Positions 13,000-22,619 of a DNA stretch of 50,438 bases are shown here, piece by piece. Position 1 is the stretch's first letter, and every line of letters starts with the position of its first letter. The stretch comes from Macrostomum lignano. Its lineage: Eukaryota. The stretch is from contig NIVC01001548.1 of NCBI GenBank assembly GCA_002269645.1, forward strand, positions 271,976 to 322,413. Reading direction: 5' to 3'. A program made the translations under genes and the position numbers. The notes beneath the pieces were generated by a model. The model was given only the letters and a program-made list of their open reading frames with translations. It searched no databases and was not told the origin of the DNA.

Positions 13000-15900
13000 A
13001 TGACTAAGCTCCACGCTGCCAAAGGAGCGACATTCTGTCTGCAAATAAATTTACAGCATTGCGTATCTGCGTCAGTAAATCTGATGAAGATTGCTGAGCT
13101 GTACAGGCCAGGCCTCATCCTGATCCAGGAACCCTGGATGCGCAACGGTAAGTTGCCCAACATTCCCTCTGGCTACTCTGATTTTTATGTGTGTGGCCCG
13201 GGGAACAGCCGCCCTAGAGCGGCTATCCTCGCTGCTAGCCATCTCCAGGCTTGGCTGAGGACTGATCTCTCTGATGGAGACCTTTGCGTCATCCAATCTA
13301 ATCATTTCTCTCCGCGTACGTGTCTTGTTGCCTCGGTTTATATCCCAGGCGACAGAGACCCTGCTCCCGAGAGTTTACTGCGCCTTGCGCAGTACTGCGA
13401 GTCCCAGAACGCTGAGCTGTGCTTAGGGGGCGACCTCAACGCGCACCACAAGCACTGGGGCAGCAAAGATACCAACACTAGAGGAGAGGAGCTTCTGGCC
13501 CTCATCTCTAACACAAACCTCATGCTCTGCAACCGCGGCAGCACTCCTACCTTTAATAATGGCAGATGGACCGAGGTCCTCGACGCCACACTCGTTACCC
13601 CAAGACTCTTTGACAGAGTCAAGGAGTGGAGAGTCTGGTCTGAGGAGCCCTCCCTGTCTGACCACTGCTTTATCGCCTTTAATATCGCGGACACTAAAAC
13701 CCAGTCTCCGATCACTTGGAGACGCAATATCCGCAACACTGATTGGGCGGCCTACAAGGCTGCCCTTGATCTGCACCTGCAGGAACTCACGGACTTACGT
13801 CCGATTGAGACCTGCGAGGATGTGGATCATATGGCTGAGACGCTGACAGGTTGCATTATTGCAGCCTACGAAGCGGCTTGTCCTGCTCGCGCCTACAGAG
13901 GCAAGACCTCGGCGCCGTGGTGGAACCCGGAGCTGGGGAAACTCAGGCGGAAGGCCAAAAGCCTTCATCGCCGTGCCATGAAGACCGGAAACCCGGAGGA
14001 CATGGAGCTTTTCCGGCAAGCCTCCCGCAATTTCAAATCTGAAGTGCGCAAGGCCAAGGAATGTAAGTGGCGCCAATTCTGCAATGAATTGGATCAAGAC
14101 AGACCTACTTCTAGGCTTGTCAAGGCCCTTACAATGGACAAAATGTCCAAATTAGCCATGATCAAAAAAGATGATGGCTCTCTTACTAAAGACCCTGAAG
14201 AAGTGCTTCAGCATATGCTTAGCACATTCTTCCCGAGGGTACCTACTGCTAGACCGGAGCCCAACCATTCGATGGATGGAGCCACCCTAGCGGCGGGCAT
14301 TGTCACTGAAGACCTAATCGCTCGTGCGGTCAGAACCTTCAAACCCTTCAAATCTCCTGGACCTGATGGTATCTACCCTGTTCTCCTTCGTGAAGCAGCC
14401 AAGATACCCTCGTTCCTGAGACTCACCCGCAATCTTATGCGGGCCTCTATCCAGCTGGGATACGTTCCCAAAAGCTGGACTGAAGCTCGAGTAGTCTTTA
14501 TTCCCAAACCTGGGAAGGGTGACTACCAAAGCGTCAAGGCCTTCCGGCCAATTAGCTTAACGTCAGCAATGCTTAAGCTCACTGAGAGGCTTATTCTCTG
14601 GCGGCTGCTCTCCTGCGAGCTGACAGCGATGCCCCTCAGCAATAATCAGCACGCCTTCCGTACCGGGAGGTCGACTGACAGCGCCCTGCATGCGATTGTC
14701 GAAAAGATTGAACGGGCGGTACTGGGTGACGGTTACGCCCTGGCTCTCTTTCTTGACATTGTTGGCGCCTTCGACAACGTTATCTTTGAAGCGTTTCAGA
14801 GGGCCCTTCAAAATCGCAAAGCTCATGCTACCCTCATACGGTGGATCATGTACATGATCTCCAACCGTACGGTCACTGCCCAACTTCTTGGGCAAACTGC
14901 CTCCACCAGAGTCTGTAAGGGTGGACCCCAAGGCGGAGTCCTCACCCCGACGCTCTGGAACCTGGTCATGGACGCTCTTCTGAGTGACTCCCGACCTGAC
15001 CCCGTCTTCAAAGTCGGGTATGCTGATGACGTCACGGCCATTGTGGCAGGACCGTCTCCCAGCACGCTCAGGGATCTGATGCAGAGCTTTATCCGCAAAG
15101 CAGAATCCTGGGCCAATGACAATGGTTTGGAACTCTCTGAGCCCAAAACCGTTGCCATTATGTTTACCAGCAGACTACGCTGGAACATACGTCCTCTGCA
15201 GCTCTACGGCAGAGATATTGCCTTCGCGCACCAGACCAGATGTCTCGGGGTCACACTTGACCACCGGCTCAACTGGTCCTTCCACGTGAAAGCAAAAGCT
15301 AAGCGTGCCTCAGCCATCCTGGCCCAGCTCCGACGAGCACTTGGCACTTCTTGGGGTCTATCCCCAAAGCGGCTTTGGTGGATCTATACTTCCGTAGTTA
15401 GACCTGCCATTACGTACGCCTCTGTTGTCTGGGTTAGCGCTACCCAGGTCAAAAGCCATGCAGACCTGCTCAACACGATCCAAGGCAGAGCGTGTAGGCT
15501 CATCTGCAACGCCACCAGGTCCACGCCCTTTGCTGGCATGGGGGCCTTTCTTAATCTTCCGCCTCTTGACCTCTTCATCAGGGGTGAGGCGGCTAGAACG
15601 ACGCGGCGTCTAATTGATGCCGGCGTCAAATTCATTTACATGAGAGCACCTGCTAAGCGGAACCTTGTCCCGCATAGCGATCTGTGCCTCAACTTTCTCA
15701 ACGAGTGTCAGGCCAATCGCGTCTTCACCGATGGCATTGCCTCAACGCTCAACCTGAGACAGCGCTACTCCGTAGCTATCGACTCGCGCGATAACATCAA
15801 TGACCATTGGAACCCTGGTGAGCTTCATTGCTACACCGACGGTTCTAAGCAGTCAGCCAACACCGGCTTTGGTGTTGGAATCTTTCTGAACGGGAGGGTC

Positions 15901-16740
15901 ATCGCTACCCACGCTCAATACACTGGGGTCAACTCCAGTGTTTTCCAAAATGAAGTTCTGGCCATCAGCTCCTGCACTGCAGAGCTTCTCGCCACTGGCG
16001 TTACTGGTAAGAACATCATTTTCCATTCGGACAGCCAAGCTGCCTTGCACGCCATCAGTGGCTGCAGCACCAACTCTGCTACAGTCCTTGACTGTATCAA
16101 ACTCCTCAATGTGTTGGGTTCCGCCAACAAAATTACCCTTAAGTGGGTTCCGGGGCATGTGGGGATCCGAGGAAATGAGTTGGCTGACACCCTTGCAAAA
16201 GTTGGTGCCTCCGGCTCCTCTCTCGGCCCCGAACCTCTTGTCCCGATTCCTGGCTGTGTCATCGACTCGCGCATCAAAGCGTGGATCAGGACTCAGCACC
16301 GCTCGACTTGGGCGAACCGCACGAACTGCAGGCAATCCAGAGGCGCTGTCCCTCAGCCCTCTCACCAGCTCCGGAAGCTCCTCTTGCGCCTCTCGCGCAG
16401 AGACATCCGGGCTGCCACCATGACCCTCTCTGGTCACGGCTGCTTCTCCAGGCACCAGTACCTGCAGGGCAACGCCACCAACGCCACCTGTAGTTTCTGC
16501 AACTCAGGTGACGAAACCGCTGAGCATTTCGTCAGCATCTGTCCCGCCTTCACGCGGGCCAGACTCACTTACCTCGGGCCACACACATCTATTACTGAAG
16601 CGTGCAAACCCGAAAACTTTAATCAGCTCATGCGCTACCTTCGGGCCACCCGCAGGGCTGAACTCTCCTTTCCAGAGAGCACCATAGCTGCTGGCGACAC
16701 TGGGGGACCTCCCTGGGCGGCGCCAACCCTCCGTCCATAG
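13000..16740 (+). CDS. LINE ORF2 polyprotein: apurinic endonuclease, reverse transcriptase, RNase H, C-terminal CCHC
   Basis: EN motifs QINLQH, LIQEP, GGDLNAHH, SDH. RT motifs KSPGPDG, FRPISL, QHAFRTGRST, FLDIVGAFD, PQGGVLTP, YADD. RNase H motifs YTDGSK, SDSQAAL, WVPGH..I.GNELAD. C-terminal CSFC..ETAEHFVSIC. 1246 aa with no stops. Confidence 0.98.
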   Translation: MTKLHAAKGATFCLQINLQHCVSASVNLMKIAELYRPGLILIQEPWMRNGKLPNIPSGYSDFYVCGPGNSRPRAAILAASHLQAWLRTDLSDGDLCVIQSNHFSPRTCLVASVYIPGDRDPAPESLLRLAQYCESQNAELCLGGDLNAHHKHWGSKDTNTRGEELLALISNTNLMLCNRGSTPTFNNGRWTEVLDATLVTPRLFDRVKEWRVWSEEPSLSDHCFIAFNIADTKTQSPITWRRNIRNTDWAAYKAALDLHLQELTDLRPIETCEDVDHMAETLTGCIIAAYEAACPARAYRGKTSAPWWNPELGKLRRKAKSLHRRAMKTGNPEDMELFRQASRNFKSEVRKAKECKWRQFCNELDQDRPTSRLVKALTMDKMSKLAMIKKDDGSLTKDPEEVLQHMLSTFFPRVPTARPEPNHSMDGATLAAGIVTEDLIARAVRTFKPFKSPGPDGIYPVLLREAAKIPSFLRLTRNLMRASIQLGYVPKSWTEARVVFIPKPGKGDYQSVKAFRPISLTSAMLKLTERLILWRLLSCELTAMPLSNNQHAFRTGRSTDSALHAIVEKIERAVLGDGYALALFLDIVGAFDNVIFEAFQRALQNRKAHATLIRWIMYMISNRTVTAQLLGQTASTRVCKGGPQGGVLTPTLWNLVMDALLSDSRPDPVFKVGYADDVTAIVAGPSPSTLRDLMQSFIRKAESWANDNGLELSEPKTVAIMFTSRLRWNIRPLQLYGRDIAFAHQTRCLGVTLDHRLNWSFHVKAKAKRASAILAQLRRALGTSWGLSPKRLWWIYTSVVRPAITYASVVWVSATQVKSHADLLNTIQGRACRLICNATRSTPFAGMGAFLNLPPLDLFIRGEAARTTRRLIDAGVKFIYMRAPAKRNLVPHSDLCLNFLNECQANRVFTDGIASTLNLRQRYSVAIDSRDNINDHWNPGELHCYTDGSKQSANTGFGVGIFLNGRVIATHAQYTGVNSSVFQNEVLAISSCTAELLATGVTGKNIIFHSDSQAALHAISGCSTNSATVLDCIKLLNVLGSANKITLKWVPGHVGIRGNELADTLAKVGASGSSLGPEPLVPIPGCVIDSRIKAWIRTQHRSTWANRTNCRQSRGAVPQPSHQLRKLLLRLSRRDIRAATMTLSGHGCFSRHQYLQGNATNATCSFCNSGDETAEHFVSICPAFTRARLTYLGPHTSITEACKPENFNQLMRYLRATRRAELSFPESTIAAGDTGGPPWAAPTLRP

Positions 16741-16837
16741 CGACGCGTCGGCCGTTCAGGGACTAGCGGAATGGGCGCCCGCGCCTTCCCGCTGTGTCCC
16801 CTCCGGGACAGCCCTGCAGCTAAGTCAAGTAAGTCAA

Positions 16838-16964
16838 GAGGTATAATGCAAAGAGACGCTTATATGTAGTTTATTAAAAAACTTGTGCTGTATTTTTTGG
16901 CTCCCCAACGGGGGGCGCTGATTGCTAGTCCGCTCCTAGATTCCCGAAAATCCGCCCCTAGATT
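16838..16964 (+). repeat. Target-site duplication, right copy (127 bp)
   Basis: Identical to 10808-10934. The first G may also be the last base of the TAAGTCAAG tail, so the TSD is 126-127 bp. Confidence 0.93.
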
Positions 16965-17995
16965 CCCCGAAAATCCGCCCCTAGATTCCCCGAAAATCCG
17001 CCCCTAGATTCCCCGAAAATCTGCCCCTAGATTCCCCGAAAATCTGCCCCTAGATTCCCTGAAAATCCGCTCCTAGATTCCCGAAAATCCGCCCCTAGAT
17101 TCCCCGAAAATCTGCCCCTAGATTCCCCGAAAATCTGCCCCTAGATTCCCCGAAAATCTGCCCCTAGATTCCCCGAAAATCCGCCCCTAGATTCCCCGAA
17201 AATCTGCCCCTAGATTCCTCGAAAATCTGCCCCTAGATTCCCTGAAAATCCGCTCCTAGATTCCCGAAAATCCGCCCCTAGATTCCCCGAAAATCTGCCC
17301 CTAGATTCCCCGAAAATCTGCCCCTAGATTCCCTGAAAATCCGCTCCTAGATTCCCGAAAATCCGTCTTTAGATTCCCGAAAATCCGCCCCTAGATTCCC
17401 TGAAAATCCGTCCCTAGATTCCCGAAAATCCGCCCCTAGATTCCCCGAAAATCTGCCCCTAGATTCCCCGAAAATCTGCCCCTAGATTCCCTGAAAATCC
17501 GCCCCTAGATTCCCTGAAAATCGCCCCTAGATTCACTGAAAATCCGCCCCTAGATTCCCTGAAAATCCGCCCCTAGATTCACTGAAAATCCGCCCCTAGA
17601 TTCCCTGAAAATCCGCCCCTAGATTCACTGAAAATCCGCCCCTAGATTCCCCGAAAATCCGCCCCTAGATTCCCCGAAAATCCGCCCCTAGATTCCCCGA
17701 AAATCCGCCCCTAGATTCCCCGAAAATCCGCCCCTAGATTCCCCGAAAATCCGCCCCTAGATTCACTGAAAATCCGCCCCTAGATTCCCCGAAAATCCGC
17801 CCCTAGATTCCCCGAAAATCCGCCCCTAGATTCCCCGAAAATCCGCCCCTAGATTCCCTGAAAATCGCCCCTAGATTCCCCGAAAATCCGCCCCTAGATT
17901 CCCCGAAAATCCGCCCCTAGATTCCCCGAAAATCCGCCCCTAGATTCCCCGAAAATCCGCCCTAGATTCCCAAAACATCCGCCCCTAGATTCCTC
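16928..17995. repeat. 23-bp C-rich minisatellite CTAGATTCCCCGAAAATCCGCCC (~46 copies), at the start of GUF1 intron 5
   Basis: 23-bp period (TAGATT at 17643 and 17666). Its first units are part of the TSD. Confidence 0.97.
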
Positions 17996-18050
17996 TAACA
18001 TCCGTCCTAAGATTTACTAAAACCCGCCCAGATTCCCCAAAACCTCTCAC

Positions 18051-19414
18051 CTGAAACGGTGTCAACGGCTCGTCTTTGGAGTTTTCATCACTCGAACCGC
18101 CCCCGCCTACAACAGTATCGCCAACCAGAGCCTCTCTGGTGCTGCGCATACTACTAATTAAGTAGCCAACCAGGCCGCAACTTAGCGAGTCGATGGGCTG
18201 CGGCTCGGGCCTGAACACGCCGACCTCTTTAACCGTGTGAGCAATTTTGGGTTGATGCAAGCTGCGAAATTCGTCACCAGGTTTTAGGAGGCCGGATTTG
18301 GCCGCCACAAGACAGACGGCGCCTTTGTAGGGCTCGAACCAGGAGTCAACGATTAGGCCTTTGAAGCTGGACGAGCGGTGGTCGGCTTGATCAGCAGTGG
18401 AGGGCGGTGGTATTCGGTGAACAATGGCTTCCAGTAGCTGGTCAATGTTGATGGCCTTTTTGGCTGACACCTCAATTACCTGGGAGGAGGGGTTAGGCGA
18501 GGGAGATGGTAGATAAGGGTGAGGGAGATGGTAGATAAGGAAGTGAGGTAGATAACGGAATGAGGTAGATAAGGGAGTGAGGGAGATAACGGAATGAGGT
18601 AGATAAGGGAGTGAGGGAGATAACGGAATGAGGTAGATAAGGGAGTGAGGGAGATAAGGGAGTGAGGTAGATAAGGGATTGAGGTAGATAAGGGATTGAG
18701 GTAGATAAGGGAGTGAGGTAGATAAGGGATTGAGGTAGATAAGGGATTAAGGTAGATAAGGGATTGAGGTAGATAAGGGAGTGGGGTAGATAAGGGAGTG
18801 AGGGAGATAAGGGAGTGGGGTAGATAAGGGATTGAGGTAGATAAGGGATTGAGGTAGATAAGGGAGTGAGGTAGATAAGGGAGTGAGGTAGATAAGGGAG
18901 TGAGGTAGATAAGGGAGTGAGGTAGATAAGAACAAGAAATGGTGCAGGCAATTCTCACCTGGTCAGGCTCAATGCCGAACAAACTCTGGAGCTGTTTTTT
19001 CACCTCATCCGGTTTGGCATTGGGCAGGTCGATCTTGTTAATCACAGGTATGATCGGCAGCTCGGCCGTGAAGGCCAGGAAATAGTTGGCGATGGTCTGC
19101 GCCTGAACACCATCGTTGGCGTCAACCAGCAGCACGACGCCGTCCGAAGCGGCCACCGAACGGTGCACTTCGTGGCTGAAATCCACGTGACCCGGCGTGT
19201 CCACCAGGTTGAGCAGGTAGGTGGACCCAGTGCTGGGGGACTGGTAGAACAAGGCGACCGTCTGTGCCTTGATGGTGATGCCGCGGTCGCGCTCGATTTT
19301 CAGCCGGTCCAGCACCTGCTGGTTCTGGGGACCGGCCTGGATGGCGCCTGGGGGCAGGGTTGGGATGCTGGATGACAGACAGACAGACAGACAGACGGAC
19401 AGACAGACAGGCAC

Positions 19415-19461
<47 letters not shown>

Positions 19462-19866
19462 CACAGCTCACCAGTGCACTCCAGCAGTCTATCAGAGAGT
19501 GTACTCTTCCCGTGGTCCACATGAGCAATGATGCTGAAGTTGCGAATCAAGCTGGTGTCGAACTTGCTGAGGTCAAGCGGTGCGGGCTGCAAGGTGTTAA
19601 TGAAATGCTGAATAGAATTAATTATAAAATCTATTTTTAGAACTCGATGGTCAGAACTAAGCAGAGCGCAGGTCTCACTTTGCTAGCAGGCTTTGAGAAC
19701 AGTCGATGCAGAGGTTTAAAAGCGAATTGCAGGGATCTGAAAGCAGAAAATAACAGGCCAAGTCAATATCGAACAACCTACATACCTGCAGATGAAACTA
19801 TTTTTAAGTTTACACTGTAAATTCTTACCGCAATAACCTTTCACACCTGCCGCATAGATGAATCAT
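18051..19866 (-). CDS. GUF1: Translation factor GUF1/LepA (EF4), mitochondrial; exons 1-5 only (~337 aa)
   Basis: Exons 19866-19847, 19736-19679, 19586-19472, 19347-18959 and 18479-18051, all GT-AG with matching phases. Motifs [46 protein letters not shown] and [10 protein letters not shown]. Downstream exons not found in the window. Exons 1-2 are less certain. Confidence 0.92.
18497..18930. repeat. 17-bp minisatellite GAGGTAGATAAGGGAGT in GUF1 intron 4
   Basis: Direct reading; lies between donor 18958 and acceptor 18480. Confidence 0.95.
19374..19465. repeat. (ACAG)n microsatellite in GUF1 intron 3
   Basis: Direct reading. Confidence 0.95.
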
Positions 19867-20109
19867 AAGTATTGAGTAGGAAACGCAGGCTGCAATGGGT
19901 GCATTGTTGAGGTTACTCGTTGTTTGATTTTTAGTAAATGATTTCCAATCTTATTGCCGAGAGAAAAAAACAAAGAAAAAAGAAAATTGAAAAAATATTT
20001 TTACTCTTATGAGTGCATCACAAGTTTAATAAACAGAAAGGGCTAATTTACAACAGACTTTACAGAGTAGGAATACAAAGTTACAATTAGTTAGATGCCA
20101 TTGCATCTT

Positions 20110-20285
20110 TGTATCAATCAATTGATCAACAAATCAGATCTAATCAATCAATTGATCAATCAAGCTTTATTTCATCAATCAATCAATCAATCAATTGATC
20201 AACAAAGTTTGATTTGATCAACAAAGTTTGATTTCATCAATCAATCAATTGATCATAAAATCATTCAATTCAGATTCATCAATCA
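20110..20285. repeat. (ATCA)n / TCAATTGA low-complexity tract 3' of HMGCL
   Basis: Repeated ATCAATCAATTGATCAAC motifs. Confidence 0.8.
20166..20171 (-). terminator. Candidate polyadenylation signal AATAAA for HMGCL
   Basis: TTTATT on + strand, ~160 bp past the stop codon; position only. Confidence 0.3.
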
Positions 20286-20328
20286 CACCTGGAGCAACGC
20301 ACCAATGCAAACCGGTGGTCACACAAAG

Positions 20329-21837
20329 TTATTTCTTGGTCTCCTCCTTCGCCGCGGCCTCGGCCTTGAGCTGACTCAGCACTCCCCTAATAAAATCCCC
20401 AGCCTCTCCGAGCTTGGTCGCGTCGATCCCAGTCTCGTATCCGTTGCTGTGCAGCATAGCAACCACCGCCTCCGTGGCAACATTGCCCGATGCGCCAGGC
20501 CCGGCGTACGGACAGCCGCCCAGGCCGGCCACCGAAGCGTCGATGGTCCTGAGTTCGAATCTGAGCGCGGCGGAAATATTCGCCAAAGCCTGACCGTTGG
20601 TGTTGTGACAGTGAGCGGCCAGGTGGGTGGGGCGCAGGCCGGAGTTCAGCAGACTCTCGAGCAGGCGGCTCATCGTGTCCGGCGTGCCGACTCCGATGGT
20701 GTCGCCGAGGGAGACCTCGTAGCAGCCGAGCTCGAGGAGGCGGTGGGCCACGGAGGTGACCGCCGAGTGGCTGACCTTGCCCTGGTAGGGGCAGCCGAGG
20801 ACGCAGGAGACATAGCCGCGGAGCGGCACCCTTGTGTATGTGGGGGCGGGGCAGGTGAGGCAGTTGCTAGGGGGGTTCTGTTAGTTACTTTTCAAGTCAC
20901 CACCGCAAGTCGCAAGCAAAGTGTCTGGTCAGGAGTTCTGCTCTCAGGGGATGTTTACTCAGGAGAGAGGAATGTGCTCAGGACTGCGGAGTGTGCTCAG
21001 GAGTAAGGGGTTTTCTCAGGAGTGTGCTCAGAAGCGAGATGTGTGCTCAGAAGTGTGCTCAGGAGTGTGCTCAGAAGCGAGATGTGTGCTCAGAAGCGAG
21101 ATGTGTGCTCAGAAGCGAGATGTGTGCTCAGAAGCGAGATGCGTGCTCAGAAGCGAGATGTGTGCTCAGAAGCGAGATGTGTGCTCAGAAGCGAGATGTG
21201 TGCTCAGAAGCGAGATGTGTGCTCAGAAGCGAGATGCGTGCTCAGAAGCGAGATATGTGCTCAGGAGTAAGGGCTTTTTTCAGTAGTGTGCTCAGGATTG
21301 AGTGTGCTCAGGAGTGAGGAGTGTGCTCAGAAGTGTACTCAGGAGTGAGGAGTGTGTTCAGAACTGTGCTCAGGAGTGAGGAGTGTGCTCAGGAGCCGAC
21401 ACTCACTTGGCCTTCAAAGCAGCCTCGGCCACGGGCTTGAACCGCCGCAGGCTCTCCTCAACATCGCAGTTGACGTTGCGCCTAGAGAAAGCCTCAGACG
21501 CGGCGCCAAAGACGGCCACCTCGTCGGCGCCGGCAGCCAGGGCGGCTTCGAAGCCGCGCAGATTCGGGGTCAGGGCGGCGTACACCACGCCGGGTTTCTT
21601 GGAAATGCCGCCCAGCACCGCGTCGCTGCTGGCCATCTGCGGCACCCACTTGCCCGACACGAAGCTGCCGGCCTCGATTTTTGTCAGGCCACTGGCCGAC
21701 AGCAGGTCCACCAGGCGGATTTTGGCCGCCAGCGGCACCGGCTGCTTCTCGTTCTGCAGCCCGTCGCGGGGCCCCACCTCGTACACTGTGACCCTGCCAC
21801 GGCCCCTGGCCTGCCCGCTTAGCAACCGGCGAAGCAT
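20329..21837 (-). CDS. HMGCL: Hydroxymethylglutaryl-CoA lyase, mitochondrial (2 coding exons)
   Basis: Exons 21837-21407 and 20830-20329 (phase 2, AAG acceptor). Motifs [51 protein letters not shown] and GLGGCPY.....GNVATE. Arg-rich presequence MLRRLLSG. Confidence 0.95.
20930..21395. repeat. 19-bp minisatellite GTGTGCTCAGAAGCGAGAT in the HMGCL intron
   Basis: Direct reading. Confidence 0.95.
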
Positions 21838-21896
21838 GGATGGGGCTTCGGGGAGGGCAAACTGGCTGATGCGGCTGACTGGATGCTGCGGGTTGA

Positions 21897-22032
21897 ATAG
21901 ATAGATAGATTAGATAGACAGATAGATAGATTAGATAGATAGATAGATAGATAGATGGATGGATGGATAGATAGATAGATGATAGATAGATAGATAGATA
22001 GATGGATGGATGGATAGATAGATAGATAGATG

Positions 22033-22124
<92 letters not shown>

Positions 22125-22149
22125 GGATGGATGGATAGATAGATAGATG

Positions 22150-22220
<71 letters not shown>

Positions 22221-22239
22221 TAGATAGATAGATAAATAG

Positions 22240-22270
<31 letters not shown>

Positions 22271-22290
22271 GACACACAGACAGATGGATA
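21897..22290. repeat. (ATAG)n/(ATGG)n microsatellite just upstream of HMGCL
   Basis: Direct reading. Confidence 0.97.
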
Positions 22291-22404
22291 GATAATAAGT
22301 CTCGACAAAAATGAAAGAAACAATAAGCAGCACTCATTGATAATAAATGCATCTGTTAAAGAACAATTTTACGAATTTCACAATAGATGCGTCATATTTT
22401 GATA

Positions 22405-22410
22405 TTTATT
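22405..22410 (-). terminator. Candidate polyadenylation signal AATAAA for the archaemetzincin gene
   Basis: TTTATT on + strand, ~210 bp past the stop codon; position only. Confidence 0.3.
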
Positions 22411-22619
22411 TGGTACATATCATCAATAAATATTGAACTATTATCCAGTGTAAACTGTATAAATATGCTGACACGAGCTAAAAGTAAATCAAATAACTGA
22501 TCTGCAGTCATCGGGGAGGATAGAAGGACTTGAAACAGTCACGCCCAAACCGTTGAACCCTGAGTACAGGGTGCACATCGGCCCCGACTTTCTTATCTCC
22601 AGCTGAGCACACAACTCAG

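Larger units (their letters stand above)
10935..16837 (+). mobile_element. Full-length non-LTR retrotransposon (APE-type, I group, LOA/R1-like), 5.9 kb
   Basis: About 0.5-kb 5' UTR, ORF1, ORF2 (EN-RT-RNH-CCHC), short 3' UTR ending in TAAGTCAAGTAAGTCAA(G), and perfect flanking direct repeats. The clade call rests on remembered motifs (QINLQH, FKPFKSPGPDGIYP, LSRRDIR..GH), not on a tree. Confidence 0.95.

Noticed and set aside
11645-16493. Antisense and alternate-frame ORFs over the LINE
   Set aside because: Shadow ORFs of GC-rich coding sequence with no recognisable motifs.
10619-16837. Telomere-specific retrotransposon (TRAS/SART type)
   Set aside because: The insertion and TSD lie ~140 bp outside the TTAGGG tract and neither junction contains TTAGGG.
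10808-16964. LTR retrotransposon with 127-bp LTRs
   Set aside because: The ORF2 is an APE-RT-RNH LINE protein with no protease or integrase. The repeats lack TG...CA ends and are continuous with flanking host repeats (junction unit on the left, minisatellite on the right).
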